A stretch of 64,000 nucleotides of DNA from the IMG/VR virus record IMGVR_UViG_3300025127_000012; one strand, 5' to 3'. A program made the position numbers and the translations under genes. The DNA comes from a virus. Shown here one piece after another: positions 27,129-34,659 of the stretch (position 1 is its first letter; every line of letters begins with the position of its first letter). The notes beneath the pieces were generated by a model. It did not search any database. It had not been told where the DNA came from and saw only the letters and a list, made by a program, of their open reading frames with translations.

Positions 27129-27298
27129 GGTGGAAGGAGGGAATACATTTTACCCTCATGCTATGGGAATCGCTAGTGCGAAAATTAGTACATAACAACA
27201 ACAGTTCTATTGGTAATAGTTCTACCGAAGTAGCGGGCACCACCCCTAACTGTTTACATTACCCCGCCTAATTCCAACAGGGTTATTCAGTCACTTCC
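27129..27298 (-). ncRNA. manA-like RNA motif
   Basis: GGAAGTGACTGAATAA...GGTGGTGCCCGCTACTTCGGTAGAAC...ACCAAT...CCTTCCACC resembles the manA pattern as I recall it; 5' GGAAG pairs with 3' CTTCC; own promoter. Confidence 0.75.
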
Positions 27299-27450
27299 AT
27301 GTCGGTTGATCGGTCCGACACTGATAATATAGCAGACTCTTCACAGGTTGTCAACCCCTTATGAAAATTAATATGTAATGCCTCGATGAAGACAAGAGAC
27401 CCTACAATAATTAGATTACATACGGTCAGAGGATGGGTAAGATATTTCAC
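27283..27450 (-). CDS. Small membrane protein (55 aa)
   Basis: Hand-translated from GTG: MKYLTHPLTVCNLIIVGSLVFIEALHINFHKG...DMEVTE*; stop lies inside the RNA 5' end. Confidence 0.55.
   Translation of the reverse strand: MKYLTHPLTVCNLIIVGSLVFIEALHINFHKGLTTCEESAILSVSDRSTDMEVTE
27326..27354 (-). promoter_or_regulatory. Sigma70-like promoter of the manA-like RNA
   Basis: TTGACA-17nt-TATATT with TGn extension. Confidence 0.8.
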
Positions 27451-27455
27451 GACAT

Positions 27456-27485
27456 AAAAAAGACCCCTACTATGTAGAGGTCTTT
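27456..27485 (-). terminator. Terminator of the psbA transcript
   Basis: Minus AAAGACCTCTAC-ATA-GTAGGGGTCTTT-TTT. Confidence 0.85.
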
Positions 27486-27493
27486 GATACGGA

Positions 27494-27592
27494 TTATGTT
27501 AGGACTGGTCCTAACGTGATACCTATTGCAACAAAGAATATGAATTCAAATATTGAGAAGTATCCTCCATACTTTACGAGAAATTGAGTCAT
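27494..27592 (-). CDS. 32-aa single-TM peptide between psbA and its terminator
   Basis: Hand-translated MTQFLVKYGGYFSIFEFIFFVAIGITLGPVLT*; GAGGAG SD upstream. Confidence 0.65.
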   Translation of the reverse strand: MTQFLVKYGGYFSIFEFIFFVAIGITLGPVLT

Positions 27593-27618
27593 TTGTGCTT
27601 GTGCTCCTCAGCATTAAG

Positions 27619-28710
27619 TTAACCGATTGATGGTGCAGTTAGAGCAACAGTTGTTGACTCAGCACATGCAAGATCAAGTGGGAAGTTGTGTGCATTTCTC
27701 TCATGCATTACTTCCATACCTAGGTTTGCTCTGTTTAGGATGTCGCCCCATGTTGGGATTACTTTTCCATTAACATCAACTACTGACTGGTTAAAGTTGA
27801 AACCATTTAAGTTAAATGCCATTGTACAGATACCCATAGAGGTTAACCATACGCATACCACAGGGAACACTGCAAGGAAGAAGTGTAGTGAACGAGAGTT
27901 GTTGAATGATGCATACTGGAAGATTAATCTACCGAAGTATCCATGAGCAGCAACAATGTTGTATGTCTCCTCTTCTTGTCCAAATTTATATCCGTAGTTT
28001 TGACTTTCGTCTTCTGTTGTCTCTCTAATTAAAGAAGATGTAACCAAAGAACCGTGCATTGCACTGAAAAGACTACCACCGAACATTCCTGCTACCCCTG
28101 CCATATGGAATGGGTGCATTAGAATGTTGTGCTCTGCTTGGAACACAAACATAAAGTTGAATGTACCTGAGATACCTAGTGGCATACCATCAGAGAAAGA
28201 ACCCTGACCGAATGGGTACACTAAGAATACTGCGAACGCAGCAGATACTGGTGCTGAATATGCTACACATATCCATGGTCTCATTCCTAATCTATAAGAT
28301 AGTTCCCACTGTCTACCCATGTAGGCAGAGATTCCGATTAGGAAGTGGAAAATAATTAACTGATAAGGACCACCATTGTACAACCATTCATCGACGGTTG
28401 CTGCTTCCCATATAGGGTAGAAGTGTAGACCGATAGCGTTTGAAGATGGTACAACTGCTCCTGAGATTATGTTGTTACCATACATGAAAGAACCCGCTAC
28501 TGGTTCTCTGATTCCGTCGATATCGACAGGAGGTGCTGCTATGAAAGCAACGATAAAGCATGCTGCTGCTGTTAGCAGGCATGGAATCATGAGTACACCG
28601 AACCAACCAACATATAGTCTGTTGTTTGTTGATGTTACCCACTCGCAAAACTCAGGCCACCCTGCTAGGAGTCCTTGTTGTCTGCGTGAAGTTGTGTTTA
28701 GGGTTGTCAT
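27619..28710 (-). CDS. psbA: Photosystem II D1 protein
   Basis: [14 protein letters not shown]...HNILMHPFH...[14 protein letters not shown]; Q130 form; no intron. Confidence 0.99.
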   Translation of the reverse strand: MTTLNTTSRRQQGLLAGWPEFCEWVTSTNNRLYVGWFGVLMIPCLLTAAACFIVAFIAAPPVDIDGIREPVAGSFMYGNNIISGAVVPSSNAIGLHFYPIWEAATVDEWLYNGGPYQLIIFHFLIGISAYMGRQWELSYRLGMRPWICVAYSAPVSAAFAVFLVYPFGQGSFSDGMPLGISGTFNFMFVFQAEHNILMHPFHMAGVAGMFGGSLFSAMHGSLVTSSLIRETTEDESQNYGYKFGQEEETYNIVAAHGYFGRLIFQYASFNNSRSLHFFLAVFPVVCVWLTSMGICTMAFNLNGFNFNQSVVDVNGKVIPTWGDILNRANLGMEVMHERNAHNFPLDLACAESTTVALTAPSIG

Positions 28711-28723
28711 TTAAAAAGACGTG

Positions 28724-28821
28724 TAAGTAGGGCATCGAGGGTTAGATGCGAAACTTATTTCCAGAAATCCCTTACTTCTGGATAAAAGACGAAGTATTAT
28801 ACTGCCCATAGGTCTTGGTTG
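28724..28821 (-). ncRNA. PhotoRC-II-like structured psbA leader
   Basis: AAGAC...GTCTT, TCCAGAAGT-aaggg-ATTTCTGGA and GCATC-taaccctc-GATGC hairpins with complementary loops (AGGG/CCCT, pseudoknot); directly 5' of phage psbA. Confidence 0.7.
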
Positions 28822-28880
28822 AAGCAGTCTGGGATGGCGATCCTTTCGAGTCCCAAGATGTGAGGAAATCCTCACTGATT

Positions 28881-28914
28881 TATTTATATTAACAAAACTT
28901 TACAAATTTGTCAA
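28881..28914 (-). promoter_or_regulatory. psbA promoter: sigma70 TTGACA-17-TAATAT, overlapping late TATAAATA, HLR1-like repeat
   Basis: -35 at 28909-14, -10 at 28886-91, TATAAATA at 28881-88, TTAACAAA-ac-TTTACAAA at 28889-28906 (plus strand). Confidence 0.85.
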
Positions 28915-28917
28915 GTT

Positions 28918-29157
28918 TTATGAAGCACTTCTTTCGTACTTCCAAGTATCATATGCGTCTTTGATTTGTTGCCATAGATATGTTTGCCCCTTCTCATGGA
29001 ACTCGTCCACTAATGCTTTGCAGTTGCCACTCTCTGTATACTCATGGCAAAAATAGTATGCGTCTTTGTCTATGGTCACCTCGAAGAACATAAGTGCTCC
29101 AAGACAAAAGCGTCTCTCTTCGAGACGCTCGGGTGTGTATCTCCACTCTTCAATCAT
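28918..29157 (-). CDS. Hypothetical protein
   Basis: EWRY..ERL..R..CL motif; ORF track. Confidence 0.7.
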   Translation of the reverse strand: MIEEWRYTPERLEERRFCLGALMFFEVTIDKDAYYFCHEYTESGNCKALVDEFHEKGQTYLWQQIKDAYDTWKYERSAS

Positions 29158-29314
29158 GCTGTGCCATCCTGATTTCTTGTTTAGAATTGGTTGCCCACGT
29201 CATAGTATGACATAGGTATTGATAGAATGCTGCCTTGTGTTTAGACAGGTTGGTGTAGCGATTAAGTTTAACCCACTCACCATTCTTATTGTATTCTAAT
29301 GCAAAACGATCCAT
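29150..29314 (-). CDS. Small hypothetical protein (54 aa)
   Basis: Hand-translated MDRFALEYNKNGEWVKLNRYTNLSKHKAAFYQYLC...; overlaps next start. Confidence 0.6.
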   Translation of the reverse strand: MDRFALEYNKNGEWVKLNRYTNLSKHKAAFYQYLCHTMTWATNSKQEIRMAQHD

Positions 29315-29333
29315 CGTCAAGCAGTAACTATTT

Positions 29334-29420
29334 TTATATAGCGAATACAGGAAGTCCGACTGTTGCTGTTACACTTGTTAAGCATAGAAATGCTAGTAGT
29401 GGTGCTACTTTTTTAATCAT
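29334..29420 (-). CDS. 28-aa hydrophobic peptide
   Basis: MIKKVAPLLAFLCLTSVTATVGLPVFAI*; ATGA overlap with upstream stop; GGAG SD. Confidence 0.5.
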   Translation of the reverse strand: MIKKVAPLLAFLCLTSVTATVGLPVFAI

Positions 29421-29569
29421 GTTGCTCCGTATACTGGTTGTAATATTCCGCCCCCTTGATCATTGTCATCATCATCCCCATCGGAGGCACGAAGGAATAA
29501 TTCCACAAGAACGAGTGCCCCTACTGGATAGAGGCACCACATTATTGCTTGGAAAGGACTGATCTCCAC
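29417..29569 (-). CDS. Small membrane protein (50 aa) following the hli genes
   Basis: MEISPFQAIMWCLYPVGALVLVELFLRASDGDDDDNDQGGGILQPVYGAT*. Confidence 0.65.
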   Translation of the reverse strand: MEISPFQAIMWCLYPVGALVLVELFLRASDGDDDDNDQGGGILQPVYGAT

Positions 29570-29692
29570 TTATACAAACCCAGGAATAATTTGTCCTGTT
29601 GTTAGATAAGCACCTAGTCCTGCGATAATACCTAGCATTGCTAGTCTACCGTTTAACTTTTCTGCTACTGTTTTTGATTGTAGGTCTGTCAT
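29570..29692 (-). CDS. hli: High-light-inducible protein
   Basis: AEKLNGRLAMLG...TGQIIPGFV. Confidence 0.95.
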   Translation of the reverse strand: MTDLQSKTVAEKLNGRLAMLGIIAGLGAYLTTGQIIPGFV

Positions 29693-29799
29693 TAGAAAAT
29701 ACCTGGAACGATTTGTCCTGTTGTGACGTATGCGCCAACTGCTGCTACGAATCCAAGCATTGCTGCCCAACCGTTAAATCTTTCTGCTTCTGGTGTCAT
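29692..29799 (-). CDS. hli: High-light-inducible protein (in-frame upstream ATG at 29856 also possible)
   Basis: Hand-translated MTPEAERFNGWAAMLGFVAAVGAYVTTGQIVPGIF*. Confidence 0.95.
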   Translation of the reverse strand: MTPEAERFNGWAAMLGFVAAVGAYVTTGQIVPGIF

Positions 29800-29858
29800 G
29801 ATAGTGTACCGTTTTTGTGTTGATTGTGTGTATAAAATAGATTCGATGATCGTCATGG

Positions 29859-30059
29859 TTAGAAACCAAGAAGACCAAAGAAGAAGAAGTTGCCTGTGTA
29901 AGCGTATGAAATAAAACCAGTAACAAGTCCAATCATAGCAAGTCTACCATTGATTTGTTCTGCATTTAGTCCATAACCTTTGTATGACTCATCTAAGTAA
30001 GGACGAGGTTCAGTCGGGTACATGTTTTGTCTTCCCCCTGATTCTGTTACTGTTGTCAT
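29859..30059 (-). CDS. hli: High-light-inducible protein
   Basis: GGRQNMYPTEP...NAEQINGRLAMIG. Confidence 0.95.
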   Translation of the reverse strand: MTTVTESGGRQNMYPTEPRPYLDESYKGYGLNAEQINGRLAMIGLVTGFISYAYTGNFFFFGLLGF

Positions 30060-30072
30060 TTTGTTTAGTTTT

Positions 30073-30117
30073 ATTAAGAACTGTTACAATTATATATAAT
30101 TTCTTAACATTTGTCAA
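30073..30117 (-). promoter_or_regulatory. hli operon promoter (consensus TTGACA-17-TATAAT) with HLR1-like repeat
   Basis: -35 at 30112-17, -10 at 30089-94; ATTAAGAA-ct-GTTACAAT at 30073-90 (plus strand) over the start site. Confidence 0.85.
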
Positions 30118-30142
30118 ATGCTTTGTTGCAGTTCTCTAACCG

Positions 30143-30583
30143 TCACACTCTCTGAGTAAAGTTGATGCCCTCCATGTGATCGTATTCGTGTAGAAATATT
30201 CTTGCCATCAGTCCTTCCATCTTGATCTTATGTACTGTCTTCTCTTCGTCCTCAAACTTTACCACGATACTATATGGTCTTTCTATTTGAAGGAATGTCT
30301 CTGGATAGGATAGACACCCTTCTTCCATGGTTTCCTTTTTATTATACTCTTTGATGATCTTAGGATTGAACACCACAATAACTTGCATGGTCTCTATGTC
30401 TGACACCATAGCAAATGCTCTCTCGTTTATGCCAATCTGATTAGCAGACAGACCCACACCTCTATGGTGTAGCATACTCTCTACTAATGTCTGTGCCAAC
30501 TCAGATCTATCTAAGTTGTACGAGCAATTATTAACCCTCCGTGAGAGGAGGGTGTCTGTGTTGTTAATTAGATCTTTAATCAT
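30143..30583 (-). CDS. def: Peptide deformylase
   Basis: GVGLSANQIG, EGCLS, HEYDH motifs. Confidence 0.96.
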   Translation of the reverse strand: MIKDLINNTDTLLSRRVNNCSYNLDRSELAQTLVESMLHHRGVGLSANQIGINERAFAMVSDIETMQVIVVFNPKIIKEYNKKETMEEGCLSYPETFLQIERPYSIVVKFEDEEKTVHKIKMEGLMARIFLHEYDHMEGINFTQRV

Positions 30584-30809
30584 CTTGTTTGCTGTATGCT
30601 CTCACTTCTGGATCTGGGTCTAACCACTTGGTGTACTCGAAGTCCTCCATAGCGGTTTCTATTTGCATTGCATTGTCACATAGATACATGTCTTTGTATC
30701 TACCTGACGTACCTAACTTCTGAATTCTATAATCAGATGTTCCATTGTCTAATACCCCTGCATCGACGTAACGATAGGGTTCTCTCTCCATAAGAATGAT
30801 AGGTGTCAT
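30576..30809 (-). CDS. Conserved cyanophage hypothetical protein
   Basis: ER.PYRYV..G.LDNG..DYRIQK...Y.DMYLCDN..Q...A.EDFEYTKWLDP. Confidence 0.75.
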   Translation of the reverse strand: MTPIILMEREPYRYVDAGVLDNGTSDYRIQKLGTSGRYKDMYLCDNAMQIETAMEDFEYTKWLDPDPEVRAYSKQDD

Positions 30810-30844
30810 AAAAACTTTACCGAGTCTAGGCATAGTATAACACG

Positions 30845-31465
30845 TTATACGAAATGATACCACCCTGTTGCTATAAGTTTATCTGATGTATCTGATTTGC
30901 GTCCCTTATGATGATACGTCCAGTCCGCTGGCCAGATCACAGTTAGTCCTTTTTGAGCAGGAATATATGTTTCTTGATGGAACCACTCAGTGCCACCGTC
31001 AGGAACGTCATTCAGATAGGTCATCCAGACCATGTGTCTATATGTGTTAGACCGAGAAGAACTTTGACGTTCGCAGTGCCACAAGTGGTATCCCCCACCA
31101 GGTTTGTAATATTGTAGGTTGAAGAACTCTTCCATCTTCCAACCAGATGTTTTGCTACACAGTGGAAATATCTCAACGTAATTATTCATTACCCTGTTTA
31201 CTTCTGCTGTGAAGTTTCTGACTCTTTCGTCAGAGATTCCTACAAAGACAGGATTGTCTAGGGAATCTTTTATTTCTGTATTGACTAGACCAGTACCGTC
31301 ATCAGCAATAGTTTCTCCTGCCCACTTCTCAAATATGTCCTGTGTATGATAGAAGTCTATGATACCATCAGTAACACTTTCATCTATCTTTTCTGAGTAG
31401 ATGAAGTCAGTGCGAGGAAAGGCAACCTTGCCATCATAATATATTGGTTCTGGTTTGAATGTCAT
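30845..31465 (-). CDS. 2OG-Fe(II) oxygenase
   Basis: FNLQYYKPGGGY..WHCER, WMTYLNDV..GGTEW, IWPADWTY.HKG. Confidence 0.9.
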   Translation of the reverse strand: MTFKPEPIYYDGKVAFPRTDFIYSEKIDESVTDGIIDFYHTQDIFEKWAGETIADDGTGLVNTEIKDSLDNPVFVGISDERVRNFTAEVNRVMNNYVEIFPLCSKTSGWKMEEFFNLQYYKPGGGYHLWHCERQSSSRSNTYRHMVWMTYLNDVPDGGTEWFHQETYIPAQKGLTVIWPADWTYHHKGRKSDTSDKLIATGWYHFV

Positions 31466-31656
31466 TATACAGGTTGTGCGTGGTAGAAATCAACCGTTAG
31501 ATTTTCTACCAGTGTGAGGTCATTGTTACTATGTTTCTTATAGAATAGTTGTAACTGTCTTGAAAGAAATGGATGCTCTTTTTCGAGATCAATTTTCCCG
31601 AGTGTAGCATCGTGAAGAATTTGCAGTTTGTCTGCAAATAAGTTGTGGATTGTCAT
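31465..31656 (-). CDS. Hypothetical protein
   Basis: ORF track; operon packing. Confidence 0.55.
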   Translation of the reverse strand: MTIHNLFADKLQILHDATLGKIDLEKEHPFLSRQLQLFYKKHSNNDLTLVENLTVDFYHAQPV

Positions 31657-31677
31657 AGGAATCGTATGACAAATAAT

Positions 31678-32196
31678 CTACTGCCATGGAGGTCCTAAGA
31701 CCCAACCCACCAAGGAGTGTCTTACACCTGATTTAACAGGGTCAACTCCATGATAGTCGTCGGAATGAAAGAAGACCATTTGTCCTTTCTTTAATGGTAC
31801 GGTTTGATTGATGAGTTGAAAGTCTCCGCCTTCAAAGTCATCGTTGAGTAAGAGGGTGAAAGATATCTTTCTTATCTTTCCATTCGTTCTCTTCTCAGCG
31901 TGCCATTCGGATTCGTCTTGATGCCAGTCATAGTGGTCTCCTTCTTTATAGCGTGTAAGTTGTAACGGTTCAAGGAAGTCTACATCAAAGTTCCAGTTTG
32001 CTGCTTCATTTACTTTCATTACATAAGACAAAACGAGATCGTCAAGGTCTTTATCCTGTACGAATATTACGTCAGAGGTTCTAACCTTATCAATCTCGGT
32101 GGATTCATATCCTTTCTGCAAAAATAGAAATTGTTGTAGTGAATTAAATTCAGCGTCGTCTAAGTCGACGGTAACATAACGATCACGATAGTTCAT
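31678..32196 (-). CDS. 2OG-Fe(II) oxygenase (PKHD-type)
   Basis: LQLT.Y..GDHYDWH.D, RKISFTLLLNDDFEGG, H.V.PV.SG.R.SLVGW. Confidence 0.92.
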   Translation of the reverse strand: MNYRDRYVTVDLDDAEFNSLQQFLFLQKGYESTEIDKVRTSDVIFVQDKDLDDLVLSYVMKVNEAANWNFDVDFLEPLQLTRYKEGDHYDWHQDESEWHAEKRTNGKIRKISFTLLLNDDFEGGDFQLINQTVPLKKGQMVFFHSDDYHGVDPVKSGVRHSLVGWVLGPPWQ

Positions 32197-32199
32197 ATA

Positions 32200-32784
32200 T
32201 TATATAGTTCGTGGGTGAACCTTGTGGGGTACCATTTCTTTACCCATGATATTAAATGATACAATAGTCCTTGAAACACCAGTAAAGTTAGGTTCCTGCA
32301 TGTGTGGTAAGTATGAGGGAAAGAACACAACGTCTCCTTCCTCCACGTCAGGCATATAATCTACCACCTCACCATTGATATAGTTATGGAAAGGTGCAAA
32401 GAATGTTGTTGCCTTATGGATACTAGGATCAAAGTCAACATATAATACTGCTGTGATGCCAACAGGACCATGGTTATGTACCCCATGGAACTGACCATTT
32501 GCTGTGGTCTGATGCCACATTGCTACTAGATTGTATATGTCTAACTCGTAATCATGTTGCATCTCATCCATGATAGGTTTGAGTGCATCTAATACTGTCC
32601 AATAATATTTTGGCATTGACTTGTTAGTAACCAAGTCATGATAGTCTGTGTCCATTTCATGTGTGTTGACACGTCCACCAGTTATGTGTGCCTGTGGACT
32701 GTTCTCATCACATTGAGACAATATAAGTGGTTTCCATTTGTCCCAGTCAGGAACTTTAAATGATTCAATCGGTATAGTGAACAT
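32200..32784 (-). CDS. 2OG-Fe(II) oxygenase (HNH...FFPSYL.H type)
   Basis: H.VHNHG, AVLYV, EGDVVFFPSYLPH, RTIVSFN. Confidence 0.85.
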   Translation of the reverse strand: MFTIPIESFKVPDWDKWKPLILSQCDENSPQAHITGGRVNTHEMDTDYHDLVTNKSMPKYYWTVLDALKPIMDEMQHDYELDIYNLVAMWHQTTANGQFHGVHNHGPVGITAVLYVDFDPSIHKATTFFAPFHNYINGEVVDYMPDVEEGDVVFFPSYLPHMQEPNFTGVSRTIVSFNIMGKEMVPHKVHPRTI

Positions 32785-33103
32785 GTTTAATAAACCATTC
32801 AGCGTCTACAACTACAAGAGGTTTCTTGCGATTCTTCTTCATGAACAAGATAGGTTCATGCTTACCTGAGTTCGCTTCTGCCTGTGAATATGCTTCATAT
32901 ACATTCAACTTCTCTACATTCTTACACTCAATACTGAAAGGAAACTTTGACCTAGCGTCTCTCGCCATAATCAAATCTTCCCCTCCTGCACCCATGCTTC
33001 GAGACTCTATGTCCTCTGGGTGGATATTACGGTGTTCTATGAGCATGTCACGAACCCATTGTTGGAATCGTCTGCCCTTACCTTTTGCACTCTGTGGTTT
33101 CAA
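32765..33103 (-). CDS. Holliday-junction-resolvase-like endonuclease
   Basis: SAKGKGR..QQWVRD; MGAGGEDL; IECKN (PD-(D/E)xK). Confidence 0.8.
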   Translation of the reverse strand: MKPQSAKGKGRRFQQWVRDMLIEHRNIHPEDIESRSMGAGGEDLIMARDARSKFPFSIECKNVEKLNVYEAYSQAEANSGKHEPILFMKKNRKKPLVVVDAEWFIKHVHYTD

Positions 33104-33276
33104 GTTCCCTCATAGTCATCACTATATGTATATGGTTTAGGTGACTTCCATAAACCAGTCTTAGGATCTACATCTGATTTAAGATAACTCTCAGGATCTT
33201 CTTTGATAGCATCCTCTAAACTCTCTGCTAAGAGTTTGAGGTTGTGTGCAATTAGTTTTACTTTGTCTACGTTCAT
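33100..33276 (-). CDS. Small hypothetical protein (58 aa)
   Basis: Hand-translated MNVDKVKLIAHNLKLLAESLEDAIKED...; fills gap with 4-nt overlaps. Confidence 0.65.
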   Translation of the reverse strand: MNVDKVKLIAHNLKLLAESLEDAIKEDPESYLKSDVDPKTGLWKSPKPYTYSDDYEGT

Positions 33277-33953
33277 GATGCCATTACCTTTGCCCAGTCT
33301 TCGTTGAATTTAGCGAGTCCTTCGCGTGTAAGTACATGATCATACATCTTCCAGAATATCTTAGGAGGCATGGTAACTACATGAGAACCACGTTTAAAAC
33401 ATTCTGATACATCTTTCACATTTCTTAGTGATGCTGCAAGAACTTCGGTCTCGATACCATGTTGACAGTATGTTGCAACGATATCTCCTACCAAGTCTAC
33501 ACCACTGAATGAGTTGTCGTCAACCCTACCCACGAAAGGTGATACGAAAGACGCTCCTGCTTTTGCTGCTAGGATTGCCTGTGCAACTGAGAATATAAGA
33601 GTAACGTTTACTTTTATATCATCACTTGCTAGGTCATTACATACTTTAAGACCCTCGACTGTGCAAGGGACCTTGATTGTAATGTTTGGATTAATTTGTA
33701 CATATTCATCTGCCATTTCCAGCATTTCTTCTACGGTATCTCCTGACACCTCTGCTGATACTGACGCATCCCAACCAAATAATTGTGTAATAGATTCAAG
33801 TACATCTTTTGGATTCAACCCTGACTGTAACATCAGTGTTGGGTTAGTAGTAACCCCATCTATAAGACCAGTGTCTACTGCCTTAGTGATCTCATTAACA
33901 TCACTACTGTCTAGAAAGATCTTCATGGACTTACGTTCTAATTCTTCACTCAT
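33273..33953 (-). CDS. talC: Transaldolase (TalC/FSA family)
   Basis: KIFLD, DGVTTNPTL, IKVP, VNVTLIFS, AKAGA.FVSPFVGR.DD, AAS.R; start 33953 or 33926. Confidence 0.96.
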   Translation of the reverse strand: MSEELERKSMKIFLDSSDVNEITKAVDTGLIDGVTTNPTLMLQSGLNPKDVLESITQLFGWDASVSAEVSGDTVEEMLEMADEYVQINPNITIKVPCTVEGLKVCNDLASDDIKVNVTLIFSVAQAILAAKAGASFVSPFVGRVDDNSFSGVDLVGDIVATYCQHGIETEVLAASLRNVKDVSECFKRGSHVVTMPPKIFWKMYDHVLTREGLAKFNEDWAKVMAS

Positions 33954-33968
33954 ATTTATTTTGGATAA

Positions 33969-33993
33969 TAAAAAGGACACCCGATGGTGTCCT
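33969..33993 (-). terminator. Terminator of the riboswitch operon
   Basis: Minus AGGACACC-ATCG-GGTGTCCT-TTTT. Confidence 0.85.
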
Positions 33994-33996
33994 CAT

Positions 33997-34025
33997 ATTG
34001 TAACACTTAATTTTACTTTTGTCTA
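33997..34025 (-). promoter_or_regulatory. Putative talC promoter
   Basis: TAGACA-17nt-TACAAT with TGn; predicted start site falls inside the terminator stem. Confidence 0.55.
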
Positions 34026-34192
34026 GGATTGAATAAGTTCCAGTTATTAATATTGAAGTTATCTAGGTAAACCCATTTGGCATAGTGGACCCCTCTGTAA
34101 CAGAGAAATGCGAATACTTTTTCTGGATTATGAATCTCAGGATCATATTCTGGAATGTTGTGGTCCCAATCGAAATGGATTTTTAACTTCAT
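34013..34192 (-). CDS. YRG-motif (DUF4278-like) small protein, 59 aa
   Basis: Hand-translated MKLKIHFDWD...FLCYRGVHYAKW... Confidence 0.65.
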   Translation of the reverse strand: MKLKIHFDWDHNIPEYDPEIHNPEKVFAFLCYRGVHYAKWVYLDNFNINNWNLFNPRQK

Positions 34193-34194
34193 GA

Positions 34195-34290
34195 CTAGAA
34201 CCCTTCCTTTTGTAAGAGTCTAACTTCCGTATAGATTATTCCTAAGAATAATGCCATTCCAAGGGAGATACCACCTACTGTCAGTAGCAT
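34195..34290 (-). CDS. 31-aa single-TM peptide
   Basis: MLLTVGGISLGMALFLGIIYTEVRLLQKEGF*; AAGGAGG SD. Confidence 0.65.
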   Translation of the reverse strand: MLLTVGGISLGMALFLGIIYTEVRLLQKEGF

Positions 34291-34292
34291 GA

Positions 34293-34415
34293 TTAGACCT
34301 CCTTGTTTACTTTAATTCCTCGATATACGAGTTGTGTTTGATCAGTGTTTACGTTTGTGTCCTTGCGTGTACGATTTGTGTCATACTGAACACCGCGATA
34401 AGTAACTTGTGCCAT
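34293..34415 (-). CDS. DUF4278 / 'Downstream peptide' (double YRG), 40 aa
   Basis: MAQVTYRGVQYDT...LVYRGIKVNKEV*; directly 3' of the glutamine aptamers. Confidence 0.85.
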   Translation of the reverse strand: MAQVTYRGVQYDTNRTRKDTNVNTDQTQLVYRGIKVNKEV

Positions 34416-34447
34416 TTGATTTTTAGTAATAGGATGTTTTTAAGATC

Positions 34448-34656
34448 CGTTCCTTCAATCTTTTGCGTCCTTACAATACACTCCTTGTACCTCACCAAAC
34501 TCATAGTAAAGATCAATAATTTCTTGTCTATCTTTATCACTAAGATCTGGATAGACCTTAGCACGATCTACAAGTTCATTGATGTCTCCACATGTAACGC
34601 TAACTGCACTGGCAGATGCTAATAATAAGGCAAGCATATGTATCATAGGATGAACG
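34448..34656 (-). ncRNA. Glutamine riboswitch-type aptamer 2 (glnA/Downstream-peptide family) with ORF in P2 loop
   Basis: CGTTCATCCT...AGGACGCAAAAGATTGAAGGAACG. Confidence 0.8.
34455..34646 (-). CDS. Secreted two-Cys small protein nested in aptamer 2
   Basis: Signal-like MIHMLALLLASASA; TC.D...C; stop codon inside aptamer 3' strand. Confidence 0.7.
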   Translation of the reverse strand: MIHMLALLLASASAVSVTCGDINELVDRAKVYPDLSDKDRQEIIDLYYEFGEVQGVYCKDAKD

Positions 34657-34659
34657 TAC

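Noticed and set aside
27129-27298. Possible tRNA or tmRNA
   Set aside because: No GTTCRA T-loop, anticodon arm or tag reading frame; fits a manA-like RNA better.
29150-29314. Possible NblA-like phycobilisome degradation peptide
   Set aside because: The size fits, but the L(S/T)LEQ.F and two-helix NblA pattern is absent.
29570-29770. 66-aa ORF-track version of hli
   Set aside because: Its N-terminal part overlaps another hli gene in a different frame; the real start is ATG 29692.
34332-34622. ORF-track ORFs 34332-34622 (+) and 34349-34564 (-)
   Set aside because: They overlap the better-supported aptamer, nested ORF and YRG-peptide frames and have no motifs.
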